Positions 1 to 12,861 are shown, counted from the whole stretch's first letter. The stretch: DNA of 63,212 nt, filler included, from Sphacelaria rigidula (GCA_964200075.2; 8 parts of 8 records of this genome joined end to end with filler, not necessarily neighbours in it); one strand, 5' to 3'. Translations and numbers: made by a program. The notes: generated by a model not told the origin, from the letters alone.

Positions 1-1150
1 ATTCGTCACGAGTCGACTCATCATACTAAAACCAAGTAACTTCCAGATGAGTCATTATTTGTCCGATCCTTGAAATGTTGTTCAGGATAGGGTTTGTCAC
101 GGATACGGGATGTTCATTTCAGGGCTAGGGCTAGGGCGAGGGTTAGAGGGTTAGAATAGGATAAAGGTGGAGTTGAGGTGAAGATCGTGGTTTGTTTGTT
201 GGGGGAGTAACGAGTACAGAGTGGTTCACCCATACCCTCTCGATATCCCTCGAATACTCAAATGATGTGTTGGGTAGGCGACGTATTTTTTACGTTCGGG
301 TATTCCGAAAAATCAAACTTCGAAGAACCCGAACCTTGGGTGGAATATTGAGATTGCACTCAACAAGAGACAGACACTGAGCCGAGTATCGCGATCGTAC
401 ATGACCATCCCCCACATCACGGTAGATTATGGAGATCGGACCATCGCAACACGAGATCCGGGAGTCAATACCCGAGTATTCTGTATCCTCCCCAACAAAT
501 CCTCGGGATACTCGACCGTTGCTGTTGTCCTCGTCAGTACTCGCCTGGGTGCTCTGAAATACTCGGTGGTTTCAACCGTCGTTCGGAGGGTACCCTGCGC
601 TATTCGGTAATGCAGGTGTCCTGTTACCTCCAGGTACGGTACCTCAGGCCCAGTTTCAACGAGACAAGAAAAGTGAAGCGCGCAGTGTGAGTAGAAGTGA
701 CTCTGGCGTTGCCCATCAGCCTCCTTCAACCCATCGAAGGGGGACCAAACAAAAAAAAGCCAGGATCGACACCCCTTTCATGTTTCTTGCCTCGTTAAAG
801 CGAGCCGCTCCAGAAAAGCATTTTTTTTCCCAATTTTTCACTTTTGTTTGCCATAAGGAGCGGCCCAATGCAGAGTACGTTTTTGCACATCGATAAAATA
901 AACCTCGTGTCAAAATGTCAGCTCCCGACTCTTGGAAAAAAACCCGTGCAAAGCTGGTCAGGAGCAAACAAAATGCTTCAAACTGGCCAAGCTCGCACTG
1001 GATTGCAAGCCCGAGCGGCGAATAAAAACCCACGACAAGCTGGGCCTGCAGTATCCGCCGCATTTGCTATCCACAAGACAACTTCTCAAGTTTTCCAAAT
1101 CAGCGGGACTTGGGCATATCGCTGTGAAAATGCACATCAAGCTGGTAACA

Positions 1151-1628
1151 AAATTGTACTGCGTAAGGCCGGATGTTATGGTACACAGATTTTTGGCCCA
1201 CGGATTGTTCACTTATATGACGTTTGAGACACTTTTTGGCCCCCAAACAGGGAAAATCGCTAACACAGGTCTTGGACACTTCGCATTACCCCACAGAGAG
1301 GAGCGCAGCCCACTTGTCAAATTCGCTTGGCTCCAAGGTTTCGAGAGCGGTCGCTGAAGAAAAATCCGTGCGCAACAAAATCTACGGCGATCTCCACATA
1401 TTTTTGGGCAAACTGGCGGAGGTCGGCAAGCACGGATTTTCGCACACGAATTGTTGTTCAGCGGCCAACCTCGAAACCTCGAGAGCCAAGCTAATATGAA
1501 AAATGGGCTGGGCTCCTCTCTGTGGAGTGATGCAAAGGGTCAAAAGGGGGGTCAACTGATCCACAGGTGAACAATCCGTTGGCCAAAAATCTGTTTGTCA
1601 TAACATCTGGCCTGAACATGTAAAATTA
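1151..1628. repeat. ~480-bp imperfect foldback (palindromic) repeat, dispersed family
   Basis: 1151-1216 is the reverse complement of 1563-1628 (GGCC[GA]GATGTTATG..ACAGATTTTTGGCC.ACGGATTGTTCAC). ~1290-1395 is the reverse complement of ~1410-1525. The left arm recurs at ~61075-61240. Confidence 0.8.
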
Positions 1629-1849
1629 ACGGCGGCTGGAAAAAAAAAAAGCTGCCGGGATTCGAACTAATGACCTCCACAACGGAAGGCCCCTGCATCA
1701 CTTGGATTCAAGGGTCACGGCCGTGTCAAACGAAAAGTGCGATGCGGCGCCCAATTCAAGGTTATTTTAGTGTTGTTTCTCTTCAATTATTATGGAGGCA
1801 TTGTACGGAAATTATAATTCATCATCCGCGGCGTCAATTGGAAAGTCAT

Positions 1850-3560
1850 ACTCTAAGGCCCAACATATGTCGAGACTATGAGGGGCAGACGTCCTTGGAA
1901 GAAAGATCTCCACATCAGTACGGATACCTGGCGCCACAGACCAGCTTTTGCGCATTTGACAGCCGGATGGGAAAGGATGCAATCACGACGAATGTAGGAA
2001 GCGTTTATTGCGCGATTTGTATCGGCGCAATGTAGTACCCGAGGAAGTTGACACTGTGCGTTCTTAGTGCCAGTACAACGAGTACCGTAGAATTGATTGT
2101 ACGATGCGAGCGGCGCCTCTACAGGGATAGAATACCCGCGATCCTTTCGTGAAAAAAATGAATTGCAACTCCCACTCTGTTCTATTTTGGAACCACGTGA
2201 AAACTCTGCACAGGGGTCATCACGCGCCTGCCAGGGGAAGGTGAATATCTTCACGTGGGAGCACACCACGGAAGAATATCTGATTGATTTCAATAAAAGA
2301 AAACTACAGCAGCTACCCCTGTCATTTTCAGAGCATCGTGATAACGCCCACGCCAAGTTTGGCATTGTGAGGGAGGAGACGTTGCCCCCTGCCCGAGCAG
2401 GTCCGTAGTGGTCCTTGACAGAAGACACTCACCTCCTTGGCTGCGTTGTGCGGTCGCGTCTTGCTCGGCACGGCGTATAAAACTCAGGGGCATCTGCCTC
2501 CCACATATAGAGAACCGTAACTAGTGGTTACTTCCGGCCTTGGTGTCGACCTCGACCAACACGGGGCCGATGTAAACAACAAGGATGGCAAGATCTACTC
2601 CTGCCTCGGCGCGGATTTCATATCATCACCCTCTAGAAATGTCATCGGATTTTGTTTTCGGAATCACTGCAGCATCGTCCATAATCATTATTTCAAGCCA
2701 CGCAGCGCACAAAACGCCTTGGGTCGCCGAAGCTGCTGCGTCAACACCCACCTGCGGCTTCAATCCACACATACGTCAAGTTTCAGTATCATCAGACGCC
2801 TAGTGTACTGTGTTGGGGGACCTGATCTCGTAAAATACCGCCTCCATATTATTGAAAAAGGAATTACACTGTATTCGGCCAAAACTTCACCAGGATGCCC
2901 TGGACGCGAGTGCATACAACATCGTTTGGGGTGCGGTCGTTTAAACCAATTTCCACGGATATTTCTTGTTTCGGTTGAAGCTTCAACTCGATCTAACTTC
3001 CTGTTTTTCTTCTCTCTCTGCACCCGTAATAGGGCTGCGCGGATTGATTGTGAAAATGTTGTGTCATATCTTCAGCGCCCAACTATTCGAATTACCAATC
3101 GCATCGCCATTCTCGATTCAAAAATCACTGTCAGCTGGCCCAGCTTGTAGCGCATAGACGCTGAGCGCCACGGTACGTCAGGGCGTGTCCATCAACCCTT
3201 GAACCGCGAGGTTAGTCCATCTATAGCATGCATACTTTTTTCAAGTGACACTGATGCTGATGCATCAGATGACCCCCTCTAGCTCCCCAAGGGTTGAGAA
3301 GGAAAAAAACGGGCCAGCAAGAGGAAGCGGCGGAATCGATTAAGCACGTCTTCCGCCAATCGTTCCGCGACGGTTGGGTTCGAGCAACGTCGCGAGTGAA
3401 CAGCTAAAGCCTGCGGCGGATGCCCCGAACCAACGGCAAATAGCGCCACCAACCTCAGATGTGTCCTTAGCGCCGGTGCACGCGTTGTAACACCGACCAC
3501 ACGTTTTCAACAGTGGCGGACCACAACCGTTGGATCATCGTTTCACAAAAGCTAAGGATA
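1850..3560 (-). mobile_element. Highly decayed hAT-family transposase relic (stops and frameshifts)
   Basis: Motif remnants appear in hAT order across frames: RLWSA/VGVTT (~3530-3480), TVAERLAEDVLNRFRRF (~3375-3325), ACYRWTNLAVQGL (3235-3193, like CxxH-LNLAVQ), NDVVCTR (2930-2903, like DVxTRW), FPSGCQMRKSWSVAPGIRTDVEIFL (1976-1901, like the hAT C-terminal dimerisation motif). No TIR or TSD found. Confidence 0.45.
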
Positions 3561-6289
3561 CTGTCATATCTTGGACATCTTCCGTAGCAAGCGCAGAATC
3601 GGGGAGAGGGGCGTGAAGCACTCTGGGAACATGGATGACGCGAACCCATCAGATCGGGCTTCCTTGATTCCACCGCTTTTTCTCCCTCCCATTTCTTGGT
3701 GTGAAGACTCGCCCTGCTCTGTGGAATTGGTTTATGTTTCACCTGGGAAAACAACGCGTAGATGACCAATCCACTCTGGCGACTCCCGCTGTGAAGATCA
3801 AGGCACGGCCTACATATTCCAGATTCAGCCGAGGAAAAACGGGAACCTATACTATGTTCCATACAAACCCACGCTTCTTCCCGACACCTGAGAGCAGGCA
3901 TTGTTGCATATACGGTTCAACAGCGGAAGAATCATCCACCCTGTCGTTGTCCACCATCACCCCAACGTACAACAGCCAATAAAGAAATCGTACATTCGGG
4001 TTTCGATTCCTGAAGTCAAAGCCGGGTAGGCACGGTCGGTCACGGTGCGTGCGTTACGCTCAAAGATGAGCGTCTCTCGCAATAGGGATAGAACGCATTA
4101 CAGCCGCCGGTTTCTTGCCGCATAATCGGGATGAGTTCTTGTCAGAACGATTTCGTCTTTCCAGGGGATTCACCCATCAGACCGCTAGCGCGGGTCATTT
4201 GGATCTCCGATCTTTGTTACAGTGAATATCATCCCGATTCAGTAGCCGAACCACCCTCGCAGTTCGAGGGTTACCCGTCCCCCCCCCGCCTCGTGACCAA
4301 ATGTTGAGGACTGAACCAGCCCTCCCGAATCCCGTCGACTTCCTTGAATACTTTTAGTAACCATCGTCCTCATCGAAACACTGACGAAAATCTGATTATT
4401 TTACTCGAATCACCGTATCTGTCGGGATTCAAAGCCGCAACCTTCCGTCTTCGGCCCTACCCGGCCATGAGTCCATTGGTTGCAACCACCGAGGCGAGGG
4501 GGAGACTTCGGCGTGTACAACGCCAGTTTCATTGTTGTGTCACCCCACCAGTGCCGTGTGAACAACGAATGGAGACATGAGATAAATCCCCACAGTCACT
4601 ACAGTCGTACCCATGCCAAGTAGGGCAGACACTGCCCCTTTGTCCGTGTGTCTGTGAAACCCTCCCGTCCATACATGACCTTCCAATCCGTCGACGACAC
4701 CAGTGCAGACTCGGTTGAATGTGTTGTGTGGATATGCTGCAGATGTTCCGCGATTATGGTCACTAGACACATACACATCGCTCTGCTGGTTGCCATACCC
4801 ACCAGGTACGATGATTGACTAGTCTTTGTGCAGCAGAGTAGGTGAAGAGCGTCGGGCCAAATCGCGAATAAAATTGCGGTACAAAAGAGGCCCGGCGGCC
4901 AATACTGATATGTCAGTGCTGCCGACTGTAGACCCTGCAGATCACCGGTCAGTATCGAGTCACTCAAGATTCGCGCTGGTCGGCCGCCGCGGTCTGCGCT
5001 CTCCACAATGCATATGACTGCAGAGTACCAGAGAGTCGTCGGTCTTCCCAGAATTTTCAAGACACCCAATTACCATACTCGTACAATACCATCACGGCAA
5101 GTCCAAAGCATTCCAGCAAATGTACGGGTACTATACTGCACGATACCGTGGTGCCGTAGATTTCTGCTCCATGATCTCTTGCACATTCAATGCCTCATAG
5201 CGCGCAATCTACGTATCGACGTGGGCTACAGGACACGAAGACCCTAGTGTTGCGGACCAGTGGATACCGTGAAGACGGTAAAGTAGTTGACGGTGTATAA
5301 CACCCCCTGCCCTGCCCTCCCCCTATGCCGGCTGACGACAGTTTCTCAGCTTCATTTCCTCACAATATCAGCTGTGACTGTTCTTTAAGAGGTGACCAGC
5401 TGCGAAGATTTCGTCGACATCTTTTAATAAAGATCTTAGCATCTCAGGTATTTGTTATTGTGGGAAATCGATCGATGTCGAGTACACAAGAGCAGCCAGT
5501 GCCATCTTCCGTCACCCACTGGTGGTGAAAGGCTGACATTCCCATCTCCAAATCTTCCATCCATCACCTCGAGCTTGGAACGCGCTTCGTAATGGGTGGG
5601 ATAAAATGCCTCTTGCTTGACCATGAAGACAAGATAACAGGAAATATAGCTATAAACCCAGGACGTACACCAAGTTCGCACCAGAATAGCTCCATGTCAG
5701 TGCACATCATCCCCACTGTCAAACTTTTCACAACCGGTAAGAGCCCATCCATCTTCCTGGGTCAACCCTTGATTTAGGGGACAGAGAGACAACGGAAGGC
5801 GAAATATCTGCGGTTTTTTGCTCACCCGAAATCCAACATCAAAGGCACCACGGCGCACAGCGCCTGGATTGCAGACGTTCCCCTCATATTTAGGATACCG
5901 TTGCTTCTTCCCTTCTCCTGTCGGCGCTGGTATTCTAGGTTGGAGCTGCTGCTGTCTGGTTCTACTGGCTGGACTGGGTATGCGGTACTGTCTGCCGGGG
6001 ACGTGAGACAGGTGAAGATTTCTAGAAATTCACACAAGCGGGAGCTTCTACACTCTTTCAGGCAAGTGTGAGGTTATATTTAATAACGACAATTGTATAC
6101 GCGATACATGGATACCAAGTCCTCTCGGAAGCCCTTGCTTTCTCTCGACATCGTACTGGAAGTAGCACGCAGTAGCATCCCTTCGGCCACCTCTAACTCC
6201 AGCAACATCGGGATACTCTATTTCTCTTGGCCGTGGGCAAAAGGACTGAGTCGGGAGCGAGTGCGGCGTTTACCAGAAAATCGTAAAGC

Positions 6290-6413
6290 ATGTCAGGGGG
6301 CGATGCGGCCTACAGCTTTTCCCTCACGACTTTCAGCAGGACTGGCAAACTGCTGCAGATCGAGTACGCTCTCAAGGCCGTGCAGCAGGGCCGAACAAGC
6401 CTGGGCATCAAAG
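6290..6413 (+). CDS. PSMA2: 20S proteasome subunit alpha type-2, first coding exon (gene runs off the contig)
   Basis: Translates as [41 protein letters not shown], the alpha-2 N-terminal signature [21 protein letters not shown]. Ends at a phase-1 donor AAAG|GTGATG. Not in the ORF track. Confidence 0.95.
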
Positions 6414-7815
6414 GTGATGAATTGTCGATCGCACCAGTGTCCTTGTACAGCCATTGTTGAATAATAAGTTGTCTGTGGTTACGTTGTTTATTTAGGCACT
6501 CTTGCTGTGCACAAAAAACTCACGGGATGCTTGTTTGGAACACACATCGATAGCACAATGAACGGAGCGCCCACCAACCCACCCGTAGCTGGACATTCGA
6601 GGGTATACCGGGGTACCGTACGTGGTTGCTTGTGCAGCTGGGGCGTATCAGTCTGCGCATGCATTTAGCAGATGTGTTACAAGTGGAAATAATTGATCAT
6701 CACATCGCCTGTAGGCTGTCGCTTCGTGAAGAGCGCGGGTCATGTTCGGGTTGTCGTAGGCCATGCTATGCACTGTGAGCACTCGCCGATGGTCCGGTAC
6801 TTCGTTGGGGCCTCAGCGGTGCCCCTTATAGCAGTTGGTGCTGCTGGAGCTTGCGCGCGCTCAGGTGCTTACGCAAAAATACGTACTGTACCACTTGGGA
6901 TTTGAAGAGGATATACTGCCCCTGGGCAGCGAGCGCGAGCCCGTGGTAGGTATGTCGCCAGAGAGTGTCTGGCCCCTGGACAGGAAAGGGTACACACGCC
7001 CCTTTGCTCACTCTGCCCGTAGTACAGCATAATGGTCGAAGTGAGGAACATCGAAGAAAATAGCATGCACCTTCCGCAACGCGCGTCGTTGTCATACATG
7101 AAAGACCACTGTCACGCGATCGTCGTTGCGTTTTCTACTGACGGTGCGATGCGCGGCGTGGAAGTCAAACTTGAAAAATTACGTCAACAGTCCCCTGGAT
7201 TCAATAACGCGCGTATGATACGGTCTAAATACACGAAACCGGAGCTCCTATTCGCGCGAGCCCTGCTGGATTGTGACGACTCGATGTTGAGTAATTCCTA
7301 GTTAGCCCTTTGACCGCCCGTACTACCAATCTCGCCCGAAATAAAAGCAGAATTTGGACATGCGGCACAACAACTCTTGCAGTTTCAGCTTTTCTTTCGA
7401 TCGACTTCTTGACCCTTCATGCGACGTCATTACGAGACTGTCAAATCCGTCGTTTTTTAAAATAGCACACTCGTAACATTCTTGAATTCCACAACAGCAT
7501 CCGAAGCAGGTGCAGAAAGATCTCTCGCGCGGCAATCGCCGGGTAAATGCCTTCCAATCTTCTTGACATGTCCGTTGCTCGAGGCACTGCTGACAAGGCA
7601 CCCCGAAGGAATCTCCATGAAAATGAAGTACAGTCGTTGATCGACGAGGTCAGCACCAACAACTTTTGACACCCACGAAAAACCCGGCGCAACCCGAGGA
7701 TGCTATAAAGTCTATCCCGGGTCATCTGGGGGATTTTTTTGCCCCCCCCCCCCCCCCCCCCACCCCCTTCTCCTTCTCAAAAAAAAACCAGAAAAAGCGA
7801 GAACAACCATGAATA

Positions 7816-7915
7816 NNNNNNNNNNNNNNNNNNNNNNNNNNNNNNNNNNNNNNNNNNNNTTAATTAATTAANNNNNNNNNNNNNNNNNNNNNNNNNNNNN
7901 NNNNNNNNNNNNNNN
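7816..7915. other. Artificial contig linker, first of seven (others: 15731-15830, 23646-23745, 31561-31660, 39475-39574, 47388-47487, 55301-55400)
   Basis: Each is exactly 44 N + TTAATTAATTAA (stop codons in all six frames) + 44 N. Confidence 0.99.
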
Positions 7916-8079
7916 TACGCATACCACGGTATGGGATACCCCGGTAAATACCGGGGATACGCTCGGTACGGTACCCTACCTACGGTGCCTGTTAAAACCT
8001 TGACTACCCAACTTGCAACCAGATCTAAAATGCTTCGCACTGCCAGATGACATTTTTGAATTCGATGTAGAGGGTAAGG

Positions 8080-8671
8080 CAGGTACTCGGTACCGGTATT
8101 CGGGACATTTCATATCCAACCGATGCCGACCCAATCCGGTATTGTCGAAACTCATACCTACGGTACCGATGATACCTACGATACCACGGTATTTCGAAAT
8201 TTCAATACCTACCGTATCTGCCCAGTTCGGCATGTTCAAATGTCATACCTACGATACCGACGATACCAGGGTATTTCGAAATTTCAGTACCTACCGTACC
8301 CGCCAAATCCGGTATCTCCAAATGTCATACCTACGATACCTACGATACCAAGGTATTTCGAGATTGCAATACCTACCGTACCAGCCCAATCCAGTATTTT
8401 GAAATGTCATACCTACGATACCCACGATACCACGGTATTTCGAGATTCCAATACCTACCCTATCCGCCAAATCCGGTATATTGAAATGTCATACCTACGA
8501 TACCTACGATACCTACGATACCACGGTATTTCAAGATTTCAATACCTACCGTACCAGCCCAATCCGGTATTTTAAAATGCCATACCTACGATACCTACGC
8601 ACACTACGATATGGGATACCCCGGTAAATACCGGGGGTACGCTTGGTACGGTACCTTACCTACGGTGCCTG
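8080..8671. repeat. Element containing a ~82-bp tandem array (~5.5 units) with a nested 9-bp GATACCTAC subrepeat
   Basis: Units start at about 8132, 8221, 8303, 8385, 8467 and 8558. The terminal ~76 bp (8596-8671) recurs at 7916-7991. Ends CAGGTAC...GTGCCTG are weakly inverted. Confidence 0.9.
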
Positions 8672-9468
8672 TGAATTTTGAATCAAGCTTTTGAATCGCG
8701 GCATAATTTTTCAAGTCGGAAAATGAGGGAAAGGTCCAGCTATGGCCCAACCTTGACAGTCAAACGGTAACCCCTTGGCCGTAGAGATGGCAGGGCGATT
8801 CGTGAGTTGAATCGGCATAATTTTCACTCTAAAACTGAGTGTAAGAAGACGCGGATATTTCAGCGCTGACGGTCGAAGGGTGAACCCCCTGATCAATTCG
8901 AGTCCACGTATTTTGCCGGTGCACCGCTTTTGTTCATAGGTATCGGTATTAATTGTATCCGGTTGCTCCGTCCGTCCAGATCCCGAACTCGTTGTGGCCA
9001 AACAGTCAATTGACCGTTAAATAGCGAGGGGAAGTCCATCTGGATCATTCATATTTTTTTCAAGTGAAATTGATGCCGATTAAACGGATGATCTACTCTC
9101 GCCATTCAAGGGTTAACCAGCTGTTCAACCGCCAGGATTTGTCATCTGCGGAATCGGAATCATTTTCATTTTCACCTGAGAAATGGCGGTGAGACCCACA
9201 TGGCCCAGGTACAGTACGTACGAACATGAAAAGTCGGACAGCCAGCAAAAGCCACGTCCGAGAACAGATTTTCTCTACAAGAACATGGTTCAAGTTTGGT
9301 TGGTTCTTGCCACCATCGATCGTTCTCACAGCGAACAGGCGTTTTGGCTACTGCAATCTTGAACAATCGTCTCAGACCTGTGCAACACCGCAGCTGAGGC
9401 AGTCATATGTGAACCCTTAACCCTTCACGCTTAACGCTTTGCCCGCAATAGGGTAGGTCATCTGTTGA

Positions 9469-9661
9469 GGGCGTGTCTTAGCACATCATTTTCCGATCAA
9501 AAATGTGCGGTGGAAAAGGAAAACTGCAATCTGATAGATCGTGATTTCCATTGTCGTAGTTTATTTCAAAGATGGTTGAAATCACGGCCTCTCGGGTCGG
9601 AATATTTGTTTTCCACTATACCTTTTCGATTGAAAAAAAAATGTGTGAGTAAGACACGACC
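9469..9661. mobile_element. ~190-bp palindromic MITE (GGGCGTGTCTT termini, possibly Tourist/PIF-like)
   Basis: GGGCGTGTCTTAGCACATCATTTT...AAAATGTGTGAGTAAGACACGACC inverted ends. Second copy at 26591-26782. Confidence 0.7.
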
Positions 9662-9664
<3 letters not shown>

Positions 9665-9692
<28 letters not shown>

Positions 9693-10032
9693 TGTCGTTC
9701 CATTTATTCTGGACGCCGGTCTACACACCTTTCGGTATATGTGGGCGCATTAGCCGAGGTCACACAGGAGGAAGGTCAACACAGGAGCTTTCTCTTCTTA
9801 TTTGTTTTTAATACCCCACCTTTCTTCTGCGGTGCTTGGCTTTATATTTTATCGCGAGAGGGGTTCAGCAGTCCCTTTCCCTCGTCGACCGTGAAGTCGA
9901 CTTTTTGTGTACCCACGACATAATCGCTCTCCACTGTTGGGCATGATGCGAGGAAAAATCCCAGCTCGCTCCGAGAATTGAACCCACGAACCAATCGTCA
10001 GAGGGTTTCGGGGTCACCAACTGAGCCACCTG
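9665..10032 (-). mobile_element. tRNA-derived SINE-like element with (CA)n tail
   Basis: On the minus strand: A box TGGCTCAGTTGG (10028-10017), B box GGTTCAATTC (9984-9975), a ~280-bp body shared with 56429-56692 and 57051-57364, ending CCAGAATAAATGG..(CA)n. Confidence 0.8.
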
Positions 10033-12861
10033 AGTGGGCATTATTTTCACGTGGAAGATGAATGTACCGTGAGACTCAGATGTCCCACCCTTACAGTCAA
10101 AGGGCTAACACCAAAAAACGATTCCGAACATCACATACTAAAACCAACTTGTTAGCGATGCGATGCTACATGCACGTAGTGCGCCACACCACTCCCCAGA
10201 CGACGTCATTTTTGTCACGCTGTACTACTGCTCGCTGTACTGATACCAAATGCTAACGTTATTGCCGAATACTCTACCGTTTTGGGCACACAACAATCGC
10301 TGCAAACCCGGAAGTAACGGAATCCCCCCGTCACCCCCCCCCCCCCCCCCGACCCCCCATCCCCTACACATCAAACAAGTGTCAACTTTGGTGGCCTCGG
10401 GGTCTTGTACTTTCAAGGGTTGGGCGGACAGTCTGTTCGTACCAGCGCAATTACTGTAGCAAGCAGTGGGTAGTACAGTACAGGATACTACTACTACCCT
10501 GCTGTTGTACTACAACATACAATACTTGCAGAGTTGGTTCCGTCTCTCTACGCCCCATTCCGTTCCGTCCCGTCGTCTTTGCATCAGAGACCGCTGGAGA
10601 CAACAACAAAAATAGTCCATGGTAGCAACACACGAAACGACAACAGCCTGCGGCAACAGGATCCCCGAGGTCCATGGATGTTGCAGTACAATGCGCTGTA
10701 ATAAGCACTACAGTACAGGACGGCACAGTCGGGATGATATCGTAGAACGGACAGCATAGAGAGGACGTCATAGTTCTCGTAGCAACGGCCTTCACGAAAG
10801 AACGGACATCGATGTACAAAGTGTTCCGATTTGACCACAACTTTAACATCGTCGCAGCAGCATACCATAATGTCTCCGAAGCTGCGGTCGGTACGACCGA
10901 ATACACACTGCACTAGTGTTTGAGGGCACCGACGACCATCTAGTCTACCGTACAGATGATAACGAACCTTCTTGATGGAGCCGTTACGTACGTTTTCCCC
11001 TTTCTGGCACCCGCAGCACTCATTCGAGCGATCCCGCCAGAAGAGTACGCACACCGGTCCCTACTGGTGCTGTTCCTGCTGCTCTTGCGTAATACAGCAC
11101 AAACAACAGTAGTAGCAGACACTGCTGCCGATCTTCTACTTATACTTGCGGCCACGAGAGGCAACCACGAAATTTTCACCATGCTGATGAACGACAGTGT
11201 CAAAAAGAGCGGTCGTACTACGGTGATGCGGAGGGTTTTGCTGAGCGTCCTCGAGAAAGCATGCCGACGTAGGCTGAACAACTACTCCATATTATACTGT
11301 ACTGGTGGTTACAGGAAGGGGTATACATTACATGTCTACCACATGGTCATGGTACATTGTAGGATGCACTACCTGTACTGATCGTGCGAGCTGGACTGTA
11401 TACGAGTACACTGCTCTTTTCCCTATCGTGCAACCGTAAAGTAAGTGCGTCTTCAATCGTCGGTGTGCGAATCTTTTCGATCTTGTAGTGTTCGCGCAGT
11501 GGGACAGCTACAGGCTGCGGATGTTACAGCATCCACAACAAATACTTCTTACTTGACGGCAAGAAGACTATGATAATTCGTTCCAACGACCTCCCCGAGA
11601 GGTTATAACTCAAGCAGGCGTTTTGATGCCACGAATTCGCTGCTGGCTGCACGTGATTGGTGGGTGGAAGGCGAATTTGACAACGCTGCAGAAAAAATAA
11701 AAAAGCCGCTGAAAAGTCGGCGCAATCAACAGTTTCAGTTCACAGGTGTCTACCAAAAATCACCGCCGGCCCACACACTCGACAGTACAGGACACCACGC
11801 CCCAAACACTTTCTACTGACGGACAAATAGTGCATACGAGCACAACACAATCACACAAGCAGCAGAAGGAAAAGACGCATTGTCTTCACGAAAGAGGTGG
11901 GTTTCACGCTTGTGAGATGACCGAGGGTTTACGTATTTTGTTCGGTTGGCGGTGTTATATTATCGTTCAACTACACGAAGACGATACGATGCATCTGGGT
12001 CTTGAATCCAATCCTCAAAAAGTGCTGGCAGTTGAGCAGCAAATTTGATCCAAACGTCCTCTTGTTGCTTGCTCTTTCCTCTGAACTGGAGATAAGAACA
12101 TGCAGAAACTCGGAGGATTAGTGTGGTTGGCTGTCTTCTTGGCCATGGTCTCTCTTAACCTTAGTCCAATTGTCGTGTCGGAACGATGGATGGGGGGGAA
12201 TGGGGGGGGGCGGCTGATTGGTTTCGTGGTGCTGGCGCTTGCTGCATCATCAAAGCGCGACAGTTCTGTTGAATTTTGCATTCGTTTGTTCCACCTGCAG
12301 TACGGTACACGGATGAAACTTGCATCAGAGCAACATCAATGTAGCACTACTGGCTATTGTAAACTTGTACTTCACTGACTGTATTTCTTCACTGAACTGA
12401 CTGACCTACATGTACGCTGGCAGCACACAGTCATACAGTATGGCATCAGTCCAGCGAGCTCCTCTTCTGTTGAGATGGATAGAAACACGTTAGAGCTCGC
12501 TTGCGAGGTCCGCCGTCAGTGTCTTCCGCCACCCACGAAAATAACTGATGCTGGACGTCGCGTGCCCAAGGCAAAAAAAACGTTTTGCTGTTTGAAGAAG
12601 AAACTGCGTGGTGCCCGTCTTCCGCTTGGCTGTGAGATCGTTAGAACTTTCTGTCACCATATCCTGGCGGCGTTCGACAGTTTCGTCCCGCGGTTTTGCC
12701 GCATTTTCGCGCTTCCTACCCGCCGCAATTCTAGTATTGTCTCTACACAACAGCAGCACTAATTCTCCGACCTGGCCGCACCCACTCGCATCACGCCACC
12801 TCTTTGAAACAGGACGATCTACCAACACAACAGTAATTACAACATCGTCAAGAACGGAAGC

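Noticed and set aside
121..155. Telomere (TTAGGG-like run; similar at ~16415-16440)
   Set aside because: Short, degenerate and internal. More likely part of a dispersed repeat.
8132..8600. CRISPR array or coding repeat protein (ORFs 8013, 8123)
   Set aside because: Units are contiguous with no unique spacers. The ORFs are by-products of the tandem repeat.
9960..10032. Functional tRNA gene
   Set aside because: No convincing cloverleaf, and it is fused to a repeated SINE body.
10451..12420. Protein-coding gene divergent from the kinase
   Set aside because: The overlapping ORFs have no recognisable motifs and no consistent splice model. A non-coding transcript cannot be excluded.
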